This document shows, one piece after another, positions 11,295-20,772 of a stretch of 64,000 nt of DNA. Numbering within the stretch: position 1 is the stretch's first letter; each line of letters starts with the position of its first letter. The translations under genes and the position numbers were made by a program. This DNA is from Nitrospirota bacterium (lineage in GTDB: Bacteria; Nitrospirota; UBA9217). Where the stretch lies: assembly GCA_963790205.1 (NCBI GenBank), contig CAWBNQ010000001.1, positions 1 to 64,000 on the forward strand, in the 5' to 3' direction. The notes beneath the pieces are model-generated. The model was not told the DNA's origin and made no database searches. It saw nothing but the letters and a program-made list of their open reading frames with translations.

Positions 11295-11942
11295 TCAGGC
11301 GTTCCCCGGGCCGACAGCTACCGTAAGAAATACCTGGTCCTTTCCCGCCAACGCTGTGCTATCCCCCAGCGTTCCGATATCGATGGGCTTGCCGTCAAGC
11401 GTGGCGCTGCATCCCTGCCGGAACTCTTCTGCTCGCTCCGTCATGAACCCGAGAAGATCGGAGGTCCTGAGGAGAACGCCAGTTATAAGAAGATCGGGAC
11501 CTAACTCGGCCATGAGGAGATTGAAGAGCTTGAGGCTCACCCACCCTTCTCCGGGCGCGAATGTCTTTTCGGTTTCGTGGTATGTGATGGCGCTGCGAAA
11601 GGAGGAATAGGCCCCTCCCCGCCTGAGGGTGGCGCCGACCAGTCCGGGCATGGCGGCCGAGAGCGCGAGGGTCGAACCGTCGTGCAGCAAGGAAGACCCG
11701 ATGTCATCGACCGGCTTTCCATCAAGCATGATGGATTGGATCTTTTCGATCGTCTTCGGGACGGCCCCGATCTCCTGCCGCAGGAAGACCTCGACACTGC
11801 AGCCGACGCGACGCCTGATCTTCACCCCTTGCTGAAGCAGCAGGAAGAACTGCGCGACAAGCGGTCCTTCCACGATGAAGGCGAGACGGGGATAGGGTCC
11901 GTCAGAATGGTCAGCATGCATGTTCGTGTTGCCCCGGGGCAT
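11295..11942 (-). CDS. Conserved hypothetical protein in the aor locus (possible ubiquitin-like fold)
   Basis: SD GGGAGG before ATG 11942; IMLDGKPVDD...LHDGSTLALSAAMPGLVGA. Confidence 0.65.
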   Translation of the reverse strand: MPRGNTNMHADHSDGPYPRLAFIVEGPLVAQFFLLLQQGVKIRRRVGCSVEVFLRQEIGAVPKTIEKIQSIMLDGKPVDDIGSSLLHDGSTLALSAAMPGLVGATLRRGGAYSSFRSAITYHETEKTFAPGEGWVSLKLFNLLMAELGPDLLITGVLLRTSDLLGFMTERAEEFRQGCSATLDGKPIDIGTLGDSTALAGKDQVFLTVAVGPGNA

Positions 11943-12056
11943 CCTCCCGAGGCGTCCTTTCCCCGATAGATAGTACAATGCGACCGCACACTGCCACGGC
12001 AAGCAATAAAAAAGGAAAGGCCAGCGTCTCTCCTTTTTTGGATCAAATGGTTCCGA

Positions 12057-13793
12057 TTACCAGTTGAAGACCTTGTCCAGGTCCTCATCCTTGACCCCGA
12101 AGGTGACGTTGTGAGGGGCGAACTTCTCGGTCTTGAAGTAGCTCGGCAGCCGATCGTGCTGGGGCGTGAAGCCCGCCCGGGTGTTGAAGTCCCGCTCCAT
12201 CTTGAGGACCTTTTTGCCGAGATCGGTCACGCCGTCGCCCGTCAGGTTCAGGCCATAGAAGGCGTTCAGCATGTCGAGCAAAGCCTGGAAGGTATCGGGC
12301 TGGTCGAGCACCGCAAAGGCGATGAAGAGACACATGCCGGTGGAATCGATCGCCGCGGTCGCTATCTGGAGGTTCCGCGAGAGTTCCACCTGCCCTTCCG
12401 GCTTGAGCGCGTTCACATCGCCGCCCACCTTCAGCACGTTCGCGGTAACAGCGTATCCTGCCGTGTGGTCAGCGCCCATGGGGCTCGTCGCATAGGTGAC
12501 GCCGATTCCCTGGACCGCGCGGGGATCGTAGGCCGGCATGGCCTGGCCTTTCACCACCGGCACTCGTTCGACGCCGAACGCCTTGCCCGTCACAGCGGCA
12601 CCGCTGCCGAGGATCCTGCCGAGGGGCGTGCCCTTGCCGACCTCGTGTATGAAATTGATCGCTGCGTCCGCGTCGCCGAACTTGGCGAGGCCGGCCTCCA
12701 TGGCGACTGCGATCGTCGCGCCCATCTCGATCGTGTCGACGCCGTAATTGTCATCCAGGAAATCCATCATGGCGATCTTGTCCATGTCGCTGATGCCGCA
12801 GTTCCCGCCGTGGGCCCAAACGGTCTCGTACTCAGGCTGCTTGGTGAGGAAATGGCCGTCCTTGTCATTATAGGTACCGGAGCACTGGATGACGCAGCCG
12901 CGGTGGCAGCCGTGCGTCGCGAGACCTCCGCGCTTCGTCTCGGTTTCCGCCATTGTTTCGCCGCTGATCTTGGATGCGCCGTCGAAGCGGCCCTGCTTGA
13001 AATTATAGGTGGGATAGCCTCCCACTTCGTTCAGGATGTTCGTCAGCACGTTCGTGCCAAAGGCCGGAAGGCCCTGGCCCGTGACCGGGTGCTTCTTCAG
13101 GCCGTCGACGAACCGCTTGTTCGCGTCCTGGAATTTTGCCGGGTCCTTAGGCGCCCGCACCGGCATGCCGGTGGCGTCCAGAACGATAACCTTGATGTTC
13201 TTGGCGCCCATGACCGCGCCCAAACCTCCTCGGCCGGCGTGACGCGTCGGCCGAAGTTCAATGTCGGTAAAGGCGACGGTCGCGGAGGCCATCTTCATCT
13301 CGCCGGCAGGCCCGATCGAGATGCAGGATATCTTGTCGCCGTATTCCTTTTTCATCTTTTCGACCAGGTCGTAATTGGGAAGCATCTTGAGGCTGTTGTC
13401 TTTCGTGATCTTTACCCCGTCCTTATTGATGAACACCTTGTAAAGGTCGTCGGTTGTCGGCTTCCCTTCGAGTACGATGGCGTTGTAGCCGAGCTTTGCC
13501 AGGACTTGGGAAGGCTGGCCGCCGGAGTTCGCTTCCTTGATGCCGCCAGTGAGCGGGCTCTTGCCGCCCACGGAGATCCGTCCCGACTGGGCGCCGGCTG
13601 ACCCGCTCAGGAGCCCGGGTGCGATGACCAGTTTGTTCTCCGCCCCCAGGGGATGGCACAATGGCGGGACCTCCTTCGAAACGATCGCCGAGGTCAAAGC
13701 CCGGCCTCCAAGACCCGCATAATCGCCGACCGGTACTGTTGTTACCTTCGGGCCGCCTTCAGCTCCTACGTTGATTCTCAGGATTTTGTCCAT
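12057..13793 (-). CDS. aor: Aldehyde:ferredoxin oxidoreductase (tungsten-pterin AOR family)
   Basis: LGGRAL, KSPLTGGIKEANSGG, IGPAGE, GRGGLGAVMGAKN, CHRGCVIQC, PEYET, YDPR; SD GGGAGG. Confidence 0.95.
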   Translation of the reverse strand: MDKILRINVGAEGGPKVTTVPVGDYAGLGGRALTSAIVSKEVPPLCHPLGAENKLVIAPGLLSGSAGAQSGRISVGGKSPLTGGIKEANSGGQPSQVLAKLGYNAIVLEGKPTTDDLYKVFINKDGVKITKDNSLKMLPNYDLVEKMKKEYGDKISCISIGPAGEMKMASATVAFTDIELRPTRHAGRGGLGAVMGAKNIKVIVLDATGMPVRAPKDPAKFQDANKRFVDGLKKHPVTGQGLPAFGTNVLTNILNEVGGYPTYNFKQGRFDGASKISGETMAETETKRGGLATHGCHRGCVIQCSGTYNDKDGHFLTKQPEYETVWAHGGNCGISDMDKIAMMDFLDDNYGVDTIEMGATIAVAMEAGLAKFGDADAAINFIHEVGKGTPLGRILGSGAAVTGKAFGVERVPVVKGQAMPAYDPRAVQGIGVTYATSPMGADHTAGYAVTANVLKVGGDVNALKPEGQVELSRNLQIATAAIDSTGMCLFIAFAVLDQPDTFQALLDMLNAFYGLNLTGDGVTDLGKKVLKMERDFNTRAGFTPQHDRLPSYFKTEKFAPHNVTFGVKDEDLDKVFNW

Positions 13794-14232
13794 AATTTCC
13801 TCCCATTCTTTTGAGGGTTTCACAACCGTATTTCTCTCTCTATTGTATAGAACGGTTTCCGAATGTCTATCAAACCAGGCAGGAAACGGTTTTACAGGCA
13901 AACCTTACCTGAATCCCTTTCTGAATCAATGGCAGCATCCAGGCATAGGCGGCCAGTCACAAGACACATACGGATTAGCATCGTCAACCTGGCTTGAGGA
14001 GGAGCGCCGCCATCGCAGACGGACCACGTTCTGCCGGTGAACATTTTAAGGTCAAAGATCCGGACTTTTTCAGTATTTTTGAGGGGTTGCAGAAATCATC
14101 ATCATGTTCGCCGATGGCAACTAATGCCTCCAGAAGAAAAGGGACCTGCCCCTCTCCTCGCCCACTGCTTGAAAGTTTCAAGAGCGGATCAGAAACGATA
14201 AAGAGACGCGCAAAGACTGACAATGATGTTTA

Positions 14233-14261
14233 ATGCTATCTCTACGGGTAACTATTGTCAA
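14233..14261 (-). promoter_or_regulatory. sigma70-type promoter pointing toward aor
   Basis: Minus strand TTGACA-N17-TAGCAT. Confidence 0.5.
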
Positions 14262-14406
14262 GGTATCTATTGATGATCCGGGATACAATCTCAATATCCA
14301 GAGCCTATACTATAATTGCTCTCAAATGACAACCTCAATAATTTCCGTTTTTTATAAATGTTTCCTCTCCTGAAAAATACCAAAAATGCAAAACGATGCA
14401 TTGCCA

Positions 14407-14431
14407 AGGGGGGAGGGCCGGGGTGAGGGGG
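14407..14431. repeat. G-rich REP-like element (GGGGGAGGGCCGGGGTGAGGGG)
   Basis: Intergenic motif; a related sequence occurs at about 56665-56695. Confidence 0.45.
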
Positions 14432-14486
14432 ATTTATTAGCTCACAGCCTCGTCTTCCGTTTCGTAAGTTTGCGCATAGACGGTTG

Positions 14487-15338
14487 CTAATAGAATTCCT
14501 TGAGCGTTCCCTCGATCTTTTTCGCATCAAAAGCCTGATGCACGAGCGGCCTGTCTTTGATCATCGGAACGCGCTCTTCGTACGTGGGCCGGTGGTTGCG
14601 GTATATGACGCCGAGGGGAATGCGGTCTCCCCATTCGAGGGCCTTGGCAAAGGCCGCCTTCCTGTCCTCTGGATTATAGTCGGCTTCAATGTGATAGACC
14701 CGCTGCTTGTACCACTCGTAGGTGTTCACCTTGTTGAACGTAACGCAGGGCTGGAGGATATCGAGGAGGGAAAAACCTTTGTGTCCCAGCGCCTCTTTCA
14801 TAAGGCCTTTGAGGTGCCCGGCGTCGGCAGCGTATCCGCGAGCGGCAAAGCTGCAATCCATCGCGACAGCCAGCGCCATGGGGTTGAACTGCTCGGAAAT
14901 AACGCCGAGGGGCGTGTTCTTGGTCACCATGCCTTCGCCCGTTGTGGGAGAGGGCTGGCCCTTGGTCAGCCCGTAGATCTGGTTGTCGTGGACGAAGCAC
15001 TTCACATTGATGTTCCTGCGCATGGCGGCGAGAAGATGGTTTCCACCCTCGCCGTAACAGTCGCCGTCTCCGGTCGTGACGATGACCGGCATGGTGTGGT
15101 TCGCGAGCCTGATGCCGGTCGCCACCGGCAACGCCCTGCCGTGAAGGCCGTTAAAAGTATTACACTGCGTGTAGTGCGGAAGTTTCGCGGCCTGGCCGAT
15201 GCCAGAGACCACCATAAATTGATGCGGCTCAAGCCCAAGCTCGGCCATCGTGTCCTTAAAACTTTTAAGGATGGAGAAATTGCCGCACCCCGGACACCAG
15301 GACGGTGTTTGGCCTTTATAGTTTTCCAAGGTTACCAT
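14487..15338 (-). CDS. 2-oxoacid:ferredoxin oxidoreductase beta subunit
   Basis: WCPGCGN, LHGRALPVA, GDGD TPP motif, NQIYGLTKGQ, QPCVTFN. Confidence 0.95.
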   Translation of the reverse strand: MVTLENYKGQTPSWCPGCGNFSILKSFKDTMAELGLEPHQFMVVSGIGQAAKLPHYTQCNTFNGLHGRALPVATGIRLANHTMPVIVTTGDGDCYGEGGNHLLAAMRRNINVKCFVHDNQIYGLTKGQPSPTTGEGMVTKNTPLGVISEQFNPMALAVAMDCSFAARGYAADAGHLKGLMKEALGHKGFSLLDILQPCVTFNKVNTYEWYKQRVYHIEADYNPEDRKAAFAKALEWGDRIPLGVIYRNHRPTYEERVPMIKDRPLVHQAFDAKKIEGTLKEFY

Positions 15339-17043
15339 TGATCTCCTGTACTAACCATTCGATAGTAAATGGTCTCCCGTCGAACTTGCGGATGTGCGCG
15401 TTGAACTCATAGCCCGTCTCAGTCCGCATGAGCCGCGCAAACTGGCCTGTTGCGTTGTTCTCGATGCAGATGGTCTTTTTTGCGTTCCGCAGGAGCCGGA
15501 CATAGTCGAACGTCTCCGTATGGGGGAACGGGAAAAGCTCGCTGAAGTGGAGCATGGCGATGCCATGTGACCTTGAAAGCGCATCAACAGCCTCCTTCAG
15601 TACACCGTAGGTCGAGCCCCACCCAACAACCACTATTTCGGGGTTAGGCGTTCCATAAAGATACGGCGGCGCGATCTCCCCCTTGATGAGCGGAAGTTTT
15701 TTCAGGAGCCGCTTCTCTACCATCTCCACCCGTGTTGCGGAGTCTTCAACAATATGGCCTTCTTCGTCATGTTCGTCGCTGTCGGCGACAACGAGGTGTT
15801 TTGCGTCGCCCGGCACGCCAAGAAGCGAAATGCCGCTCTTGGTAAAGGCGTAACGTTTGTATTCCGCTGCGTTCTTGAACGCATCCCCCCGGAGGCGATA
15901 ATCCATAGAGCGTACTTTGCCGGCATCAAGGCCGTCGAGCGTCCACTGGGAATCGGCGAGATAGGTATCGAAGAGCACAAAAGCCGGGACCTGATATTTC
16001 TCTGCAAGGTCAAAGGCCTTGTTCGTAAGGTAAAAAGCCTGACTAGGCGTGCCGGGCGCGAAGACCATCCGGGGAAATTCTCCGTGCCCTGCGGAAATCG
16101 CGAACTGGAGCTCACCCTGCTCGGTCCTCGTGGGAAAGCCCGTGGCCGGGCCGGGCCGCTGACCCAGGGCGAGCACGATCGGCGTCTCAGTCATGCCCGC
16201 GAGCGCAAGCCCCTCGACCATGAGCGCAAACCCGCCGCCGGACGTGCCGGTCATGGACCGCACGCCGGCGAACGACGCGCCGAGAGACATGTTGATGGCC
16301 GCGATCTCGTCCTCGGATTGTTCCACGACGATGCCGTATTCCCGCTCCCTGGCCGCGAGGTAGTCCATGATCCCCGTGGACGGCGTCATGGGGTAGGCCG
16401 CGTAGAACTTGCATCCCGAGGCCAGGGCGCCGAGCGCGATGGCCTCGGCGCCGTTGATCAGCATCCGGGGCTGAGCGGCAACAGTCCCAACGGAGAAGGA
16501 ACACCGCGTGCAATGCTGAACGGCGAATTCGTAGCCCGCAAGCGCCGCGTTCCTGTTCGCCATGACCACCTCATCGCCTTTTTTTTTGAAGGTAGCGGCA
16601 ATGATGTCAAGAAAGCGCGCAAGCTCCATGCCGAGCATGCCGAGCACCGCGCCGGTCGCGACCGTATTTGTCATGATACGCTCGCCGCCGCTTTCGCTCG
16701 CCAGGTCGGCGAAGGGGATGTCGAGAAATGAGGGTTTCCTGTATTTCAGTTTTAGCGAGGAAGAGTCGTAAATGATACGGCCGCGTTCGGCAAGTTCCCC
16801 TTCATGTTGAAGGATACTTTCCCGGTCGAGCGCCACGAGGATATCGACGTTGTCCCTGGACGCAGAGATGGGCCGGTCCGAAAACCGGACCTGATAGAAA
16901 TTGTGGCCGCCGCGGATACGCGACTCGTAATCCTGGTGGCTGAAAACATGATGGCCGGTCCGCGCGAAGACCCGGGCGAGGGTTTCACCTATGGTCTGGA
17001 TACCCTGCCCCGCCTCCCCGCCGATTTTGATGGTGTAATCCAT
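15316..17043 (-). CDS. 2-oxoacid:ferredoxin oxidoreductase alpha subunit (gamma-alpha fusion)
   Basis: GGEAGQG, YPMTPST, EDEIAA, TSGGGFALM, RPGPATG.PT. Confidence 0.95.
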   Translation of the reverse strand: MDYTIKIGGEAGQGIQTIGETLARVFARTGHHVFSHQDYESRIRGGHNFYQVRFSDRPISASRDNVDILVALDRESILQHEGELAERGRIIYDSSSLKLKYRKPSFLDIPFADLASESGGERIMTNTVATGAVLGMLGMELARFLDIIAATFKKKGDEVVMANRNAALAGYEFAVQHCTRCSFSVGTVAAQPRMLINGAEAIALGALASGCKFYAAYPMTPSTGIMDYLAAREREYGIVVEQSEDEIAAINMSLGASFAGVRSMTGTSGGGFALMVEGLALAGMTETPIVLALGQRPGPATGFPTRTEQGELQFAISAGHGEFPRMVFAPGTPSQAFYLTNKAFDLAEKYQVPAFVLFDTYLADSQWTLDGLDAGKVRSMDYRLRGDAFKNAAEYKRYAFTKSGISLLGVPGDAKHLVVADSDEHDEEGHIVEDSATRVEMVEKRLLKKLPLIKGEIAPPYLYGTPNPEIVVVGWGSTYGVLKEAVDALSRSHGIAMLHFSELFPFPHTETFDYVRLLRNAKKTICIENNATGQFARLMRTETGYEFNAHIRKFDGRPFTIEWLVQEINGNLGKL

Positions 17044-17082
17044 GAACGCCTCTCCCGGCTGGCTTTGACTTTTACGGATGCG

Positions 17083-17415
17083 TCAAGATAAGTCCTCGAT
17101 GGTAATGGCACCCGACTCGATAAGTTGCGCGAGCAGTACGAACCCGCCGCAAGGAGGGGCCTTCCGGTCAAGCATGAAATCGCATCCATCTTTTTGAAAG
17201 TTGCAGTGTACGCACATTCGTCGCACCAGTGATTCTGCCTTCGCCCGATTGAATTCCCTGCCGCATCCGGCAGGTTCGAGTAATCTGCCCCGGTTAATCA
17301 ATCGTTGTACTATTTCATGCCCGCGGCACGCAAGCTCCTCGTTTTTTCCGGGCTTGTAATAAGAACAAAAATTCAAACACAGCGTTTTATTCCGGGTCTT
17401 CATTATTTTCACCAT
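17083..17415 (-). CDS. Small Cys-rich hypothetical protein (8 Cys)
   Basis: CLNFC..C..C..CVHC..C..PPCGG; immediately upstream of and co-oriented with the oxoacid oxidoreductase; TATACT 6 nt before the ATG. Confidence 0.7.
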   Translation of the reverse strand: MVKIMKTRNKTLCLNFCSYYKPGKNEELACRGHEIVQRLINRGRLLEPAGCGREFNRAKAESLVRRMCVHCNFQKDGCDFMLDRKAPPCGGFVLLAQLIESGAITIEDLS

Positions 17416-17460
17416 GTTGCAAGTATAACAAATCGCCCCATAGGGTGCTATAATAACTTC

Positions 17461-18594
17461 ATGAATTATTACCTTTCGCGGCGGGCCGTGCTTAAATGGC
17501 TCGAGACACCTTCTGTCTACCACATCGCAAAGGACGAGCTCTACGAACTCGACGATGAATCATTCCGCTTTTTGAAAAAATGCGCCACAAACGACGGGTG
17601 CGCGTCGACGAACAGCGCATTCGTTGATTACTGCATGGAAGAAGGCCTGCTTACCGCCGAGTACGCGCCCGGAAGGCGTCATCCCCTCCTCATTCGGGCT
17701 CCCGAACCGTCCCTCAGGTACCTGGAGTTGCAGCTCACCAACGCCTGTAACCTGCGGTGCAGGCACTGCTACATAAACAACAACATGCCGGAAGAACTTT
17801 CCCCACGGCAGATACGCGATGTGCTGGCGGAATTTGAAGAAATGCAGGGTCTGCGCGTTATGCTCACGGGCGGAGAGCCGTTGCTCCACGCAAGGTTCGA
17901 GGAAATCAACGAAATGCTTCCCGACTTTTTCCTTCGCAAGGTCCTGTTCACGAACGGCATGCTGCTCAGAAAGGACCTGCTCAAAGCACTAAAGGTGGAT
18001 GAGATACAGATCAGCATCGACGGCCTGGAGAAAGCCCATGACGCGATCAGGGGCAGCGGCGCTTTCAGCAGTTCCATGCAGGCCCTGCGGCAGGCTCTCG
18101 ACGCCGGGTTCGACGTCTCGGTCTCTACCATGGTCCACCGGAAAAATCTGGCTGACTTCGATAGCATGGAACGCACGTTCAAGGAAATAGGGATCAAAGA
18201 CTGGACGGTTGACGTCCCCTGCACTACCGGAAGGCTCAGAGAGCATGAGGAATTTTTTGTCACCCCCGAGGAGGGAGGAAAATACCTCGGTTACAGCTTC
18301 GGAGGCGGTCTTCATTCCTCCGAACAGGGTTTTGGCTGCGGCTTCCATCTTATGGCGGTGATGGCCGGCGGGAAAATAGCAAAATGCACGTTTTACGAGG
18401 ACCGCGCCGTCGGAGCCGTTGATCAGGGCCTCATGAACGCATGGCGCAAGATAGAGCCGGTCCGGCTCAAGGACCTGACCTGCGCTTGTGAATATGTGGA
18501 AGTGTGCCGGGGCGGCTGCCGGTACCGGGCGGAACTCTTCGGAGGCAAAGGCGGCAAAGACCTCTACCGGTGCATACTCTATGGTATATTATAA
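17461..18594 (+). CDS. Radical SAM/SPASM peptide-maturase-like protein with an N-terminal RRE/PqqD-like region
   Basis: CNLRCRHC, TGGEPLL, SIDG...HDAIRG; SPASM CG...GKIAKC...CACEYVEVCRGGCRYRA...C; about 70-aa N-terminal extension. Confidence 0.88.
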   Translation: MNYYLSRRAVLKWLETPSVYHIAKDELYELDDESFRFLKKCATNDGCASTNSAFVDYCMEEGLLTAEYAPGRRHPLLIRAPEPSLRYLELQLTNACNLRCRHCYINNNMPEELSPRQIRDVLAEFEEMQGLRVMLTGGEPLLHARFEEINEMLPDFFLRKVLFTNGMLLRKDLLKALKVDEIQISIDGLEKAHDAIRGSGAFSSSMQALRQALDAGFDVSVSTMVHRKNLADFDSMERTFKEIGIKDWTVDVPCTTGRLREHEEFFVTPEEGGKYLGYSFGGGLHSSEQGFGCGFHLMAVMAGGKIAKCTFYEDRAVGAVDQGLMNAWRKIEPVRLKDLTCACEYVEVCRGGCRYRAELFGGKGGKDLYRCILYGIL

Positions 18595-18689
18595 GCTGAA
18601 ATCTTTCAGGGCATACCATTTATGGTTACACGAGAGCGGCGTCGGCCCCGAGCCTATGTACTCTCATTGACCGTGGAAAGGAGGCAGCA

Positions 18690-18752
18690 ATGACGATCAA
18701 AAAGGTCACTAAGAAAATGGCGGTAACGTGCAAGTGCAAAAGTTCCTGCTGA
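18690..18752 (+). CDS. Putative RiPP precursor peptide MTIKKVTKKMAVTCKCKSSC (20 aa)
   Basis: SD AAAGGAGG 5 nt before the ATG; 95 nt after the rSAM/SPASM gene and before the terminator; three C-terminal Cys. Confidence 0.7.
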   Translation: MTIKKVTKKMAVTCKCKSSC

Positions 18753-18800
18753 GCGGCCCATTCTGATGGCAAGACAGACAACAAGAGGTCCTCAAACATA

Positions 18801-18828
18801 AAAGAGCCCGGATAGTTCCGGGCTCTTT
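18801..18828. terminator. Bidirectional intrinsic terminator
   Basis: AAAGAGCCCGGA-TAGT-TCCGGGCTCTTT perfect stem between convergent genes. Confidence 0.85.
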
Positions 18829-18910
18829 GTATTTATGCAAACGGTGTCTGGCTCCTTCAGCCGAGAGCAGGCAGCATACCCCCCTCCCTTTTCAGAGTTT
18901 TATAACCGGA

Positions 18911-19186
18911 TCACGCGACCTTCCGGCCGAAAACCGCTCGCTCCTCGAAGTTTTTGATAAATTGCGCGACCTGTACGCCCAGATACACACACTTAATGCC
19001 GTTCATGCACTCATCGGCGTCCTTTTTTTCGAGATGCGTGCTCAACTGCTCCTGCCCGCGCATAAACGTCACGACGTAAGCGTTCTTCTCTGCGCTGAAG
19101 TCAACGTTTACGGTAAACCGATGTTTCCCGATCTCGGGATACATCTCGAGGATCTTCTCTTTTAATTCACCATTCGTAAAGCCCAT
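18911..19186 (-). CDS. Conserved hypothetical protein (91 aa)
   Basis: SD GGGAGG; LKEKILEMYPEI...THLEKKDADECM.G.KCVYLG. Confidence 0.75.
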   Translation of the reverse strand: MGFTNGELKEKILEMYPEIGKHRFTVNVDFSAEKNAYVVTFMRGQEQLSTHLEKKDADECMNGIKCVYLGVQVAQFIKNFEERAVFGRKVA

Positions 19187-19278
19187 AGGAACCTCCCTTC
19201 CCGATTGACGATTGGGTCTCACTGGACTGGATATCGGATTTTAAAATCTGAAATCCGAGACCCTCAATCCCGGCTTCT

Positions 19279-19779
19279 CTACGCCCAGGGAGTGCCGCCG
19301 TCGACGATGCTTTGCTCCTCCCACATGAACCAGCTCCCCGTGTTCGCAAGAAACTGATAGGTGTTCGAGAAAATAGCGTAGTGTTGTTCTTCCTCCTGGA
19401 TCAGCCGTTCAAGCAACGCTCTTTCTTTTTCTTTCCTGGACCCGGCAAGCGTTTTCTTGTAGAATTCCACGCCTTCTTTTTCCATCTCCATGGCGATTTT
19501 GAACGCCTCGAGTTCGTCCGCGGTGGCCTCGACCTTGCGCATCATCTCGGCCTTCATCGTTTCAAAAACCGATTTTACGTTCTTCATGGGGCTCACATCC
19601 TTGATGGTCACGTTCAGTCCCTTGACGATCTGGGAGACCATATGGAGATGGCGCTTCTCGTCCTCGGTTATGGTGAGGAACATTTTTTTACCCGCCGGGT
19701 ACTTCGTCTTTTGCGCGGCTTCCGTGTAAAAGCGTATTGCGTCCGTCTCCATCTTCATCGCCATTTCGAGGGCATTCAT
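19279..19779 (-). CDS. Rubrerythrin-like ferritin-fold protein
   Basis: Duplicated E..A..ME...FY / EE..H diiron motifs; SD AGGAGG. Confidence 0.9.
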   Translation of the reverse strand: MNALEMAMKMETDAIRFYTEAAQKTKYPAGKKMFLTITEDEKRHLHMVSQIVKGLNVTIKDVSPMKNVKSVFETMKAEMMRKVEATADELEAFKIAMEMEKEGVEFYKKTLAGSRKEKERALLERLIQEEEQHYAIFSNTYQFLANTGSWFMWEEQSIVDGGTPWA

Positions 19780-20040
19780 ACACTCCTCCTTAAATAAATC
19801 GTTCCGCTGCCGGATTTTGCGCCCTGGGACCAAGAGCGGTTGTGTCTGATAGATAGCTGCGACTTTTTTTTACCCTTAGCGTCTTTATCAAAGTATAGCA
19901 CACTTATTTCACTGCGGGGCGGCGCGGCCGGAGGGCAAAGACGGGAATGGGGCAGCATGGATCTTAGGCCTTTAATAAGTACATACCCCGACATGGCTGT
20001 GTCCGCTGCAGCAGCCCTTGGGGGACAGACGGACTCGTCC

Positions 20041-20661
20041 TTACCATTTGAGGCTCAAAAGCGCGAGTACGCCGGAGCTTACAATGATAAGTCCGGAAAT
20101 CCTGTTTACCCACCGCAGTTCGTGATGCTCAAGCCGCATTTTGAATATGCTGAATACTCCGACGAGAAAGAGCCACCAAATGCCCGAACCGAGAAACACG
20201 CCCAGAATCAGCGTTCCCGCAGAAACAAGACTTCCCCTGGCGCCGGCCAAGCCGAACCCCGCGAAGACCGCGGCAAAGGAAAAAATAGTCATAGGATTCG
20301 TGAGCGTGAGGAAAAACGTGGAGGTGTACATGCCGGCAAATCGTCCAGCGGATTTAGGAACAGCGCTTTGCCGCTCCGGCTCCGCAATAAGCGTCCTTAC
20401 GCCGATGATGCAGAGAAGAGCGCCCCCCGCAAGTCTGAGCCAGTACTGGTGGCCAATAAGAAGGTCCGATATGTATGTCAGGCCGAAGGCGGCAATAAAG
20501 CCGTATACGGAATCCGCAGTAGCTGCGCCCATGCCTGAAAAAAAACCCGCACGCCGTCCATGCGTGAGCGTGCGCCTCGCACACAGAACGCCAATCGGCC
20601 CAACCGGAGCGGCTATGACAAAACCGACAATAAGTCCTTTGAAAAAGAATGTCACTTCCAT
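20041..20661 (-). CDS. LysE family translocator
   Basis: IAAPVGPIGVLC, G.GAATAD, LTLTNP.TI; multiple TM helices. Confidence 0.92.
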   Translation of the reverse strand: MEVTFFFKGLIVGFVIAAPVGPIGVLCARRTLTHGRRAGFFSGMGAATADSVYGFIAAFGLTYISDLLIGHQYWLRLAGGALLCIIGVRTLIAEPERQSAVPKSAGRFAGMYTSTFFLTLTNPMTIFSFAAVFAGFGLAGARGSLVSAGTLILGVFLGSGIWWLFLVGVFSIFKMRLEHHELRWVNRISGLIIVSSGVLALLSLKW

Positions 20662-20772
20662 AGAGATGGGCATTGTACCGTATCTGCAAGCCAGGGACAA
20701 CGATTTTTTCAGCGGGCTGCAAACTATGATGCGGCCGGGGCTTTGCAACATCATAAACACGAATGTATGCGA

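Noticed and set aside
13794..14000. Moco/Wco riboswitch upstream of aor
   Set aside because: Expected from context, but I could not identify the conserved multi-stem GNRA architecture.
13984..14233. 79-aa ORFs on both strands
   Set aside because: No SD, non-ATG starts, no recognisable motifs.
18750..18815. Sec read-through of the precursor peptide's TGA (would give ...SSCUAAHSDGKTDNKRSSNIKEPG)
   Set aside because: No hairpin comparable to the two AGGT-loop SECIS elements at the +12 offset, and the extension runs into the terminator. Not fully excluded; homolog alignment would decide.
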